DNA of 64,000 nucleotides from Desulfovibrionaceae bacterium (GTDB lineage Bacteria; Desulfobacterota; Desulfovibrionia; Desulfovibrionales; Desulfovibrionaceae): NCBI GenBank assembly GCA_015709205.1, contig JACCQO010000004.1, positions 125,552 to 189,551 of the forward strand, read 5' to 3'. Shown piece by piece: positions 56,229 to 64,000 of this stretch (position 1 is its first letter; each line of letters starts with the position of its first letter). The notes under the pieces were generated by a model. It saw only the letters and a program-made list of their open reading frames with translations, ran no database searches and was not told where the DNA came from. The position numbers and the translations under genes were made by a program.

Positions 56229-59120
56229 CTACGATCCGCCGTGGTGCGCGGCCAGGCCGTTGTAGGCGTCGATGATCTCGTCGTACCAGCGCAGCTTGGC
56301 CAGCAGGCGGCTGATCAACTCGGCCGGGGGCATGCCCTCGGACCCGCCCGCCCCGTGCATGGCCTTGAGGTCGTTGCGGGCAAAGGAGGCCAACTGCATG
56401 AGCAGCAGCCGCGCGAACTGCGTGGGGTTCAGGCGCAGTTCGGACAGGGGGCCGATGTCGAACAGGGCCAGATCGGCCACCAGGTCCTTGTCGCGCAGCG
56501 CGGCCTCCGTGGGCGAGGACAACTGCGTGGAGGCCAGGACCTTGAGCACCTCGGTCAGGGAACGGGCGCGCAGCTCGGCCATGGCCTCGGCCAGGGGGCG
56601 CAATTCCTCCGGGACCTGCACCGGCCCACTCGCCCCGCCATTGCCGGTGCCCTCGCCCGCGCCCGAAAGGTTGCGCACAAAGCCGTCATAGTTGCGCAAC
56701 ACGTCGTGCACGGCCACGTCCCTGTGCACCACCCCGCGGTCCTGCAGGCCGAGGAAGGCGCGGTGCACGGGCCGCACCAGGGCGTACACGGCCTTCTTCA
56801 TGTCCTCGGACTCGAGCACGCCGTTGAGGTAGAAGAGCAGCCGCTCCGGCGTGCCGAAGAGCCGCTCCACGGTCAAATCCTCGCCGGCCAGAACCCTGAG
56901 CACGGCGATGTCAGCCTTGAGATCGCGTGAGCGCACCTTGCGCCGCGCCCGGGAGAGCACGCCGTCCACCAGCCGCAGGTACTTGTCGTCCAGGTCGCTG
57001 AGGATCTGGTGGACCTGGTCCGAATGCGCGGCCAGGATGTGTTCCTCCAGGGCCTCCAGCCGCTTGGCGAAATCCGTGATCACCTGGCGCACCCGGCCGG
57101 TCTGCTCCTCGCCGCCCCCCATCTGTGCGTTTTCGTGGCTAACAACCATAAAATACAGAAGCTTTTCCATATTCTGGCGGTAGGAGTCCGCGTGCTGCTC
57201 CAGGAACCCCTTGCCCAGGCCCAGGCGCAGGCAGACGCGGTTGAGCTTCATGTGCACGTAGGCCTTGAGCTCCGGGGGCAGTTCCTTGCGCGGCGCGGTG
57301 GGCGCGGCCGAAACCGCGGCCTCCTCGCGTTCCTGCTCCACGCTCTCCATGCGCCGAAGGCGCAGGGTCACGGCGTTGAAGGCCTGGAGCACGGAGTGGT
57401 CCCACTCCAGGCGCCGCACGAGAAAACGGATGAACTCGGACGGCTTGCGCGTACGCAAGGCATGGGCCACCACCTGCGCGCCCACGCCCAACCCCTCGCC
57501 CTTGCCCGCGAGCACGCGCTGGGCCTCGTCGATGCTGCGCGCCGCCGGGGAAAACAGCGCCACGCGGTAGACCTCGGGCATCACGCGCGGCGCGTCCGGG
57601 ACCTCGTCCACAGGTCCCTTGAAGGAATAGAGCGCGCTGAGCAGCCGCTTGTCCGCGGCACTGTCCGGGGCCGCACCGTCTTCGGCCCCGTCGGCCGCGC
57701 GGGCCAGTTCCGGGCTCACGGCGATGTCGCGCAGCACGCGCGTGGGCGGGGTGGATTCCAGGGTGCGGAAGCCGGACTCCAGGGCCTTGAGCGCCGCGCC
57801 CGCGGCCCCGGATACGGCCTTCTTGCGGAACACGGTGAACACGGCTCCGGGCCGCGTGAGCAGGTGCATGAAGCGCACGCGCGCGCCCAGGCCGGTGCTG
57901 GCGGCGATGAGGTCGAAATTGGTCTTGAGCTGCGCCAGGGCGGCGAGCACCGCGCGCTGGCCGGGCCGCGAAACCAGCAGCCGGCTGAGCAGCAGCAGGG
58001 TGCGCGTGCCCGAGGGCAGAAGGTCGTCGCTGGTCACGTCGTCCTCCAGGCGGCGCAGGAAGGCCAGGTCGGCCTTGACCTGCCGCTCGTCGCAGGCCGT
58101 GCGCGGCAGGCTGTTGGCCGCGGCCACGGCCGCCAGGGCGCGTTCGCCCAGCAGGTCGAGCATGATGCGGATGTTGGGCTCGTCCGGATTGGGGCCGTAG
58201 ACGTTGCGCTCCAGGTCCTGCAGGATGCGCAGCACCTCGGCGATCTCGTTGCCCCCCTGCCGGGGGTCCGCATCGCCCGCGGCGCAGGCGGCAACCCCGG
58301 CCTCGACCAGACGCCGGCATTCGCGCTCCAACAGACGCAGGTAGCCCGCGATCTTGCGGAGGTTGAAGCCGACCTTGCGCGGGTGGTTGATCGCGTAGCC
58401 CGCGCCCACGCCGATGAGCAGGCAGAACCGCTCCAGCTTGTGGTTGATCTCGTCCAGCAGTTGCGGGTTCAGCGAGGAGCGCGCCAGGGGCTGCCACTCG
58501 CTCTGCTCCCAGACGTAGGTTCCGGCCCCGTCGCGCCCGCGCAGCAGGTGGACCACGCCGCCCTCGCCGCGCTCCTCGGCCAGTTCGAAAAGCTCGCGCC
58601 CGGCGCGCAGCAGCCGACCGGAACCGGCCATCCAGCGCAGCAGCCGCTCCGGAGGCGCGGAAAGGTCCTCCACGAACTTGACGCCCGCCAGGGTCAGGGG
58701 GCCGCGGAAGCGGATCGGCGGCGGTTTGTGGCGCAGCAGGGCCGAGTTCACGGTCAGCCCGCCGAGCACCTCCAGTTCGTGCGCGAAGCCCTTGTTCACG
58801 ACCCGCGCTCCGCGCGCCACCAGGTCGCCCTCCACGCGGCGGATGTCCTCGATGACGTGGAACGAACGCACGTCGTCGGCGAGCATCAGGCTGCCCAACC
58901 ACACGCCGCCGCGAAAGAGCAGCCCCACGGCCTTGGTCTGCGGGTCCTCGCCCAGGCGCGTCTTGGGCGCGATGGTCTCCACGAAGGAAAGCCAGCGCTC
59001 GTAGGCGTCTCCCTGGTTGGCGATGCGCACGCCGGGAAAGAACGGCAAGGAATAGTTTCCGGTCCTGGTCTCGATGTCCAGGGCGGAAAAGTGGGTATCT
59101 GTGGGAGCCGGCCGTACCAC
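56229..59120 (-). CDS. Large orphan cytoplasmic protein (963 aa; the ORF extends to 59222 = 997 aa)
   Basis: The frame is clean with normal composition, mostly helical-looking, and has no TM segment or signal peptide. The probable start is GTG 59120, preceded by AAGGAAGG 8 nt upstream; the ORF part upstream of it is Arg/Gly-rich. I recognise no domain. Confidence 0.75.
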   Translation of the reverse strand: MVRPAPTDTHFSALDIETRTGNYSLPFFPGVRIANQGDAYERWLSFVETIAPKTRLGEDPQTKAVGLLFRGGVWLGSLMLADDVRSFHVIEDIRRVEGDLVARGARVVNKGFAHELEVLGGLTVNSALLRHKPPPIRFRGPLTLAGVKFVEDLSAPPERLLRWMAGSGRLLRAGRELFELAEERGEGGVVHLLRGRDGAGTYVWEQSEWQPLARSSLNPQLLDEINHKLERFCLLIGVGAGYAINHPRKVGFNLRKIAGYLRLLERECRRLVEAGVAACAAGDADPRQGGNEIAEVLRILQDLERNVYGPNPDEPNIRIMLDLLGERALAAVAAANSLPRTACDERQVKADLAFLRRLEDDVTSDDLLPSGTRTLLLLSRLLVSRPGQRAVLAALAQLKTNFDLIAASTGLGARVRFMHLLTRPGAVFTVFRKKAVSGAAGAALKALESGFRTLESTPPTRVLRDIAVSPELARAADGAEDGAAPDSAADKRLLSALYSFKGPVDEVPDAPRVMPEVYRVALFSPAARSIDEAQRVLAGKGEGLGVGAQVVAHALRTRKPSEFIRFLVRRLEWDHSVLQAFNAVTLRLRRMESVEQEREEAAVSAAPTAPRKELPPELKAYVHMKLNRVCLRLGLGKGFLEQHADSYRQNMEKLLYFMVVSHENAQMGGGEEQTGRVRQVITDFAKRLEALEEHILAAHSDQVHQILSDLDDKYLRLVDGVLSRARRKVRSRDLKADIAVLRVLAGEDLTVERLFGTPERLLFYLNGVLESEDMKKAVYALVRPVHRAFLGLQDRGVVHRDVAVHDVLRNYDGFVRNLSGAGEGTGNGGASGPVQVPEELRPLAEAMAELRARSLTEVLKVLASTQLSSPTEAALRDKDLVADLALFDIGPLSELRLNPTQFARLLLMQLASFARNDLKAMHGAGGSEGMPPAELISRLLAKLRWYDEIIDAYNGLAAHHGGS

Positions 59121-59379
59121 GCGCCTAACCTTCCTTGCGCCGCCCGGCAAGCTCGGTCGGCGTCCTCGGCGCGCCGCTCCCGACGCGCCGCGTGAAGCCC
59201 CCCCCCGGCGACGATGCGGCATGATCCCGCAATGCCGTGCATTGCGTTCAGTTCTTCATTGTTACAGGGAAATCGGCCGCAAGGCAATGTCGGAATGTTT
59301 TTCCGCATCCAGGCGGGGATCGCGAGAAAACGGCAACATCACCGCAGGAGGGCCGCAGACGCGGCCGTTCCTCAGGGCG

Positions 59380-60012
59380 CTACGGCGAGGGGGGGCATGC
59401 ACCCTCCTCCACCCGGTTCCCGGCCTGTGCTTCGGGAGCCCGGCCCGGCGCGAAGCGCGCGTAGACCCAGCCGTCCACCCAGCGGTCCTCGCAGCGGTAG
59501 TGGTTCCTGAGCACGGCCTCGCGGTGGAAACCGGCCTTCTCAAAGGCCCGGCCCGAGGCGAGGTTCACGGAATAGCAGCCGCTGACGAGCTTGGTGAGGC
59601 CCAGCGCGCCGAAGGCGTACTCGGCCACCAGGACGATGGTTTCGGTGCCGATGCCGCGGCCGTGGCGGGACGTGTCCCCGATGAACAGGGATATTTCGCC
59701 GCGCTCGTGCACGGCCTGGAAACACTCGAGCTTGATGATACCGATGTGGCGGCCCGTGTCCGGGTCCTCCATGGCGAAGAAGTGCTCGTTGGGGTCGGCC
59801 AAGGTCTTGCGCACGTAGTCGGTCACGCTCGCCAGGGTATGCCCGCACGAGCACACCTCCAGGTGGCGGCTCACGGCCGCGTCGTTGAGCCAGCGCACGT
59901 AGTCGGGCGTCAGGTGGCGCGCGGCAAAAGGCGCAAGGCGGATGCGCCCGCCCGTGAGCGTTGGACGCCGAGGTGGGGCGTTCGGATCAGGCATACGGGA
60001 CTCCTCCGGCAT
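59380..60012 (-). CDS. GNAT-family N-acetyltransferase (RimJ/RimL-like)
   Basis: Features are IRLAPFAARHLTPDYVRWLND, IGIIKLE, the acetyl-CoA loop GRGIGTETI, YSVNLASGRAFEKAGFHREAVLRN and WVDGWVYA. Confidence 0.85.
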   Translation of the reverse strand: MPEESRMPDPNAPPRRPTLTGGRIRLAPFAARHLTPDYVRWLNDAAVSRHLEVCSCGHTLASVTDYVRKTLADPNEHFFAMEDPDTGRHIGIIKLECFQAVHERGEISLFIGDTSRHGRGIGTETIVLVAEYAFGALGLTKLVSGCYSVNLASGRAFEKAGFHREAVLRNHYRCEDRWVDGWVYARFAPGRAPEAQAGNRVEEGACPPSP

Positions 60013-60072
60013 GCATGGAGTGGACCTCGATGGGCGCTGGCCCGTGAAGTGAAAGACGGACGCGGCCGGGCC

Positions 60073-63000
60073 TCAGCCCGCGACCACGCCGCGCAGGGCC
60101 GCGAGCAACTCGTCGAAGTTGATGGGCTTGGACACGTAGCCGTTCATTCCCGCCTCCAGAAAGCTCTCCCGGTCGCCCTTCATGGCGTAGGCCGTGAGCG
60201 CGATCACGGGAATGGCCGGGTCGCACCCGGCCACCTGGCCGGAGCGGATGGCCCGCGTGGCCTGCAGGCCGTCCATGCCCGGCATCTGCACGTCCATGAG
60301 CACGGCGTCGAAGGCGTGCTCCGCCAGGGCGTCCAGGGCCTGCCGCCCGTTCATTGCGGCGATGACGCGGTGGCCGGACTGCTCCAAAAAATGCTTGATG
60401 AACAGCAGGTTGACGGCGTTGTCCTCGGCCAGGAGCACGTTCAGGGCCCGCCCGGCCCCGGTCTCAGTCTGCGCCGGGGCCCCGCGCGACGGCGCGGCGG
60501 TGGAGGGCGGTTCGGCTCCGGAAGGCGGCGCGGGCGCTCCGTTCGGCTTCCCGGCCACGGCCGCCTCCTGCTCCGCGCGCAGGGCCACGGCCCGCCGCCC
60601 CAGGGCGTCGGCCAGGGGCAGCTCCAGGGCCACGGTGAACACCGTGCCCTCGCCGATGCGGCTGGTCACGCGGATGTCGCCGCCCATGCGCTCCACGAGT
60701 TGGCGGCAAATGGCCAGCCCCAGCCCGGCGCCGGGCTGCCGCCGCACATGCGGCGCGTCCACGCGCGCAAAGCTCTCGAAGATCGCCCCGGCCTCGGCTC
60801 CGCTCATGCCCACGCCCGTGTCGCGCACGCTGAATTCCAGCCGCGCCTTCTGCGCCCCACCGTCAGGCGTGCCCTGGCCCGGCCCGGCGGCCGCCACCCG
60901 CCCCCGGACCTCCACGGTCCCGACGTCCGTGTACTTGAGCGCGTTGGCCGTTAGATTGCGCAGGACCTGCAGGAGCCGGTCCTCGTCGCCCACCAGGGCC
61001 ACGGGCCCGCCGCCGTCCGCACCGCCCAGGCCGTCGGCCTGGTCCTCCCCGGCGCGCACGATGAGCTCCACGCCCCGTTCCTCGGCCTCCGGGACGAACT
61101 CGCGGCGCACGCGCGCCAGCAGCAGGGCGGGGCCGAAAGGCGCCGCGCGCAGTTCCAGCCGCCCGGCCTCGATGCGCGAGAGGTCCAGGATGTCGTCGAT
61201 AATGCGCAGCAGGGACCGCGCCGAGGAACGGATCATGGCCAACCGCCCGGCGTCGGCCTCGTCCGCGCGCGTCAGGAGCATCTCCGTCACGCCCAGGATG
61301 CCGCTGATGGGCGTGCGCACCTCGTGGCTCATGTTCGCCAGGAACGCGCTCTTGGCCATGCTGGCCTGCTCGGCCTGCATGCGCGCCTCCTGGAGCTGCT
61401 CCTCCACGGCCTTGCGCGCGGAGATATCCGTCTGGGTGCCGACCACGCGGCGCGGCGCGCCCTCGGGATCACGCGCCACCACCCGGCCGCGCACGTCCAT
61501 CCAAGCCCAGTCGCCGGCCGCCGTGCGCATGCGCACCTCGATCTCGAAGCTATCCTCGGCATCCCGCAGCAGCCGGTCGCGCGCAAACGCCGCGCGTTCG
61601 CGGTCCTCCGGGTGAACCATCTCCAGCCATCTTTCGCGCGTGGCGGGAAAGGCGTCGGGCTCGTAGCCGAGCATGGAATACCAGCGCGGTCCCCAGTAGC
61701 CCTCGCCCGTGCGCGGATCGAAATCCCAGACCCCGTCGTGGGACGCGGTCAGGGCGAACTGCAGCCGCTCCTCGCTCACGGTCAGGGCACGCTCGGCGCA
61801 CTTGTAGGCCGTGATGTCGCGGTTGGAGGCGCGGCGGCCGGCATACTGGCCGCCCTTGCCCCACACGGGCTGGCACACGTGGCCGATCCAGCGTTCCTCG
61901 CCGCTGCGGGTCAGGATGCGGAAGTCGAAGGCCGCGATGGCGTGTTCGCCCTGCGGGTCCTCCAGGGCCGGCTCCCGGGCCAGGACCGCGGACAGGTGGC
62001 GGTGCACCACGTCGCGGTCCTCGGGATGGGTGATGCGCTCGAGCAGGAGCGGATCGTTCATGAACTCCGCGGGCGCATAGCCGGTGATGCGCTCGCAGGA
62101 AGGCGAGGTGTAGATGCAGCAGCCGTCCGGGCCGATCCAGTATTCCCAGTCGTAGGCGTAGTCCAGGATGGTGCGCAGCCGCCGTTCGCTCTCCAGGAGC
62201 ATCTCCTCGGCCCGGCGGCGCTCGGTCATGTCGCGCACGAGCAGGTGCACGCCGAGCCAGTGTCCCGCGCCAGCGCCCGGGCCCATCCAGCCCCGCGCCA
62301 CGCCCGGAAAGCGCAGCCCGTCCCGCCGCGCGAACTCGATGGAGCGCTCGTCCGCGAACCCTTCGGCGCGGATGGCCTCGAAGAGCTCCCCGGCCTCCGC
62401 GCCGCCGCCGAGCACGGCCAGCAGGTCGCTGCCCGCGGCCTCCTCGGGCGCAAGGCCGAACATGCGCAGAAAGGCCGGATTGGCCGCGGTGACCACGCCC
62501 GAAGCATCCGTGAGCACGATGCCGTCGCGGCTGGCTTCGAAGATGCCCCGGTGCAGCCCCTCGGAGGCGCGCACCACGCGCTCGGCGCGGCGGCGGTAGA
62601 AGAGCACGCCCGCCAGCGCGGCGATGACCGCGAACATGGCCACGGCCACGGCCGTGCCGGCCAGCACCAGGGCCCTGTTCTCGCGGTAGAAGGAGTACGG
62701 CCGGTTGATGACCTCGCTGCCCTCGGGCAGGCGGGCCCCGTCGATATCGAAGCGCGCCAGGGCCGCATGGTCGAAGAGGAAACGGCCCCTGGCGCCGATG
62801 GACACCGGAATGTCCCCGGGCGCCTCCCCGTTCAGGATGCGCAGGGCCAGGCGCGCGGCCTCGGCCCCCTGGCTGCGGCCGCCGACCACGCTGCCGCCGA
62901 CCACGCCCGTGCCCAGGTAAAAGTCCCAGAGGCAGAACACGGGCACGGAGCTGCGGCCGCTGACCAGCCGCCCGGCCTCGCCGCCCGTGTAGGCCCTGCC

Positions 63001-63801
63001 CTCGCGGTCGCGGAAAAAGGAGATCAGCAGGACCACGCAATCCTGCGGCAAGGCCGCCAGGGCCACGGTCAGCTCGTTCGCGCCGAGGTTCGCCAAAGGC
63101 AGCAGGGACACGGGCCGCGAGAGCCGACCGGCAACCTCCTCCACCTCTCCGAGCACGGCCCGAGAGGTGGGCGTGTCGTCGGCCACCAGGACCACGCGCC
63201 GCGTGCCGGGCCAGATCCGGAAGGCCGCCTCCAGGGTCCCGGCGATGTCCGTCTGCTCGGCCACGCCGGTCACGCCGCGCACGTCGGCCAGCCTCGCGTG
63301 GGGCACGTCGTTGATGCCGCAGAAGACCACCGGCACGCCCGCAAACAGCTCCGCGCGATGGCGCAGGACGAAATCCAGGGCATTGTTGTCCGAGACCACG
63401 ACCACGTCGGGCTTGCGCCGCTTGTAGCGCGCGGCATAGAGGGCCACGAGCTCCGGCTCCGTTTCGCCGAGTTGCTGGCGCTTGGTGTCCATGTGCTCGA
63501 CCATGAGTTCGGGCGGATTGTTCCGACCGAGCAACACGGAACGCACCCCGGCGGTGATGGCGTCGGTCCAGGCGTAGCCCGTGTGGTAGGAATGGAGCAG
63601 GAGCACCCGGCCGGACGCGGCCTGGGCCGTGGACACGGCGCAGGCCAGGACCAGCGCCACGACCAGAACCAGGGACGGGACGGCCGAGAACAGCACGCCA
63701 CGCCGCCGCAGACTCCGCGCGGGCCCTCCGAGAAGCCGGGTCGGGCCGTTCCTCGCGTCAAGCCGCGCGGAGGCGGGGGCGGAGCGGAAGGCGAAAAGCA
63801 T
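60073..63801 (-). CDS. Hybrid sensor histidine kinase with periplasmic ABC-substrate-binding-like sensor, three PAS domains, HisKA, HATPase and REC
   Basis: The periplasmic domain has [21 protein letters not shown] (ABC_sub_bind-like), followed by a TM segment and PAS/PAC repeats. H-box [18 protein letters not shown]. ATPase features are DTGVGMS and [13 protein letters not shown] features are [11 protein letters not shown] and [14 protein letters not shown]. The start is ATG 63801 or ATG 63906. Confidence 0.88.
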   Translation of the reverse strand: MLFAFRSAPASARLDARNGPTRLLGGPARSLRRRGVLFSAVPSLVLVVALVLACAVSTAQAASGRVLLLHSYHTGYAWTDAITAGVRSVLLGRNNPPELMVEHMDTKRQQLGETEPELVALYAARYKRRKPDVVVVSDNNALDFVLRHRAELFAGVPVVFCGINDVPHARLADVRGVTGVAEQTDIAGTLEAAFRIWPGTRRVVLVADDTPTSRAVLGEVEEVAGRLSRPVSLLPLANLGANELTVALAALPQDCVVLLISFFRDREGRAYTGGEAGRLVSGRSSVPVFCLWDFYLGTGVVGGSVVGGRSQGAEAARLALRILNGEAPGDIPVSIGARGRFLFDHAALARFDIDGARLPEGSEVINRPYSFYRENRALVLAGTAVAVAMFAVIAALAGVLFYRRRAERVVRASEGLHRGIFEASRDGIVLTDASGVVTAANPAFLRMFGLAPEEAAGSDLLAVLGGGAEAGELFEAIRAEGFADERSIEFARRDGLRFPGVARGWMGPGAGAGHWLGVHLLVRDMTERRRAEEMLLESERRLRTILDYAYDWEYWIGPDGCCIYTSPSCERITGYAPAEFMNDPLLLERITHPEDRDVVHRHLSAVLAREPALEDPQGEHAIAAFDFRILTRSGEERWIGHVCQPVWGKGGQYAGRRASNRDITAYKCAERALTVSEERLQFALTASHDGVWDFDPRTGEGYWGPRWYSMLGYEPDAFPATRERWLEMVHPEDRERAAFARDRLLRDAEDSFEIEVRMRTAAGDWAWMDVRGRVVARDPEGAPRRVVGTQTDISARKAVEEQLQEARMQAEQASMAKSAFLANMSHEVRTPISGILGVTEMLLTRADEADAGRLAMIRSSARSLLRIIDDILDLSRIEAGRLELRAAPFGPALLLARVRREFVPEAEERGVELIVRAGEDQADGLGGADGGGPVALVGDEDRLLQVLRNLTANALKYTDVGTVEVRGRVAAAGPGQGTPDGGAQKARLEFSVRDTGVGMSGAEAGAIFESFARVDAPHVRRQPGAGLGLAICRQLVERMGGDIRVTSRIGEGTVFTVALELPLADALGRRAVALRAEQEAAVAGKPNGAPAPPSGAEPPSTAAPSRGAPAQTETGAGRALNVLLAEDNAVNLLFIKHFLEQSGHRVIAAMNGRQALDALAEHAFDAVLMDVQMPGMDGLQATRAIRSGQVAGCDPAIPVIALTAYAMKGDRESFLEAGMNGYVSKPINFDELLAALRGVVAG

Positions 63802-64000
63802 GGCGCGATAGTGCCCGGTTCCGCCTTGCGCATCAAGCCCCGCACCCGGGCCCGGGCACAGTCCGCAACGCGACCCGGGAGGCCCTGGGCGGCGTATGTC
63901 CCGCACCCCGGACGCACGGCTGGAACGCGCGGGGCCGCCGCCCGTGGGGCTGCGCGCTCCGCTTGCCTTGCGTGGGCAAATGGTTACTTTATCAAAATGC

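Overview
64-kb window of a very GC-rich chromosome, roughly two-thirds G+C by eye. It looks Desulfovibrionaceae-like: it has a classical tetraheme cytochrome c3, a signal-peptide-bearing CbiK cobaltochelatase, and a very high density of PAS/GGDEF/sigma54 signalling genes. I call about 50 protein genes, one cobalamin riboswitch, several intrinsic terminators and a few short repeats. I found no rRNA, tRNA, CRISPR array or transposase.

Layout:
- 1-6.2 kb: tail of an injectisome-type T3SS operon. It holds sctV, a CesT-like chaperone, a SopB/IpgD-family phosphoinositide-phosphatase effector and two tandem paralogous small secreted 6-Cys proteins.
- 6.8-13.5 kb: a solute-binding protein plus HAMP kinase pair, a nucleotidyltransferase-like gene, small orphan genes and cytochrome c3.
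- 13.7-17.9 kb (minus strand): a radical-SAM gene followed by a 1080-aa orphan membrane protein.
- 18-29 kb: signalling island with GAF and PAS kinases, REC-GGDEF, REC-Hpt, STAS, Fur, a degenerate GGDEF, a LuxR-type regulator and a stand-alone Hpt.
- 30-34.5 kb: multi-PAS kinase plus NtrC-type sigma54 activator.
- 34.6-43.8 kb: slyD, a LivK-like binding protein, a CGGC protein, an EAL-CBS-GGDEF protein and a hybrid kinase with a partner binding protein.
- 43.9-50.5 kb: B12-riboswitch-controlled cbiK-cbiM-(NikL-like)-ABC importer-cbiL operon.
- 50.8-64 kb: Rrf2 regulator, mltB, lnt, a ~960-aa orphan protein, a GNAT and a large hybrid kinase.

Most long ORFs in the supplied track are antisense or frame-shadow artefacts of the high GC content. 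Several track ORFs contain a real gene only in their 3' part.

The most interesting item is the T3SS effector module in a sulfate-reducer-like genome. It is followed by the radical-SAM/1080-aa pair and by two large or small orphan protein sets.

All family assignments are from motif recognition by eye. No database search was run.
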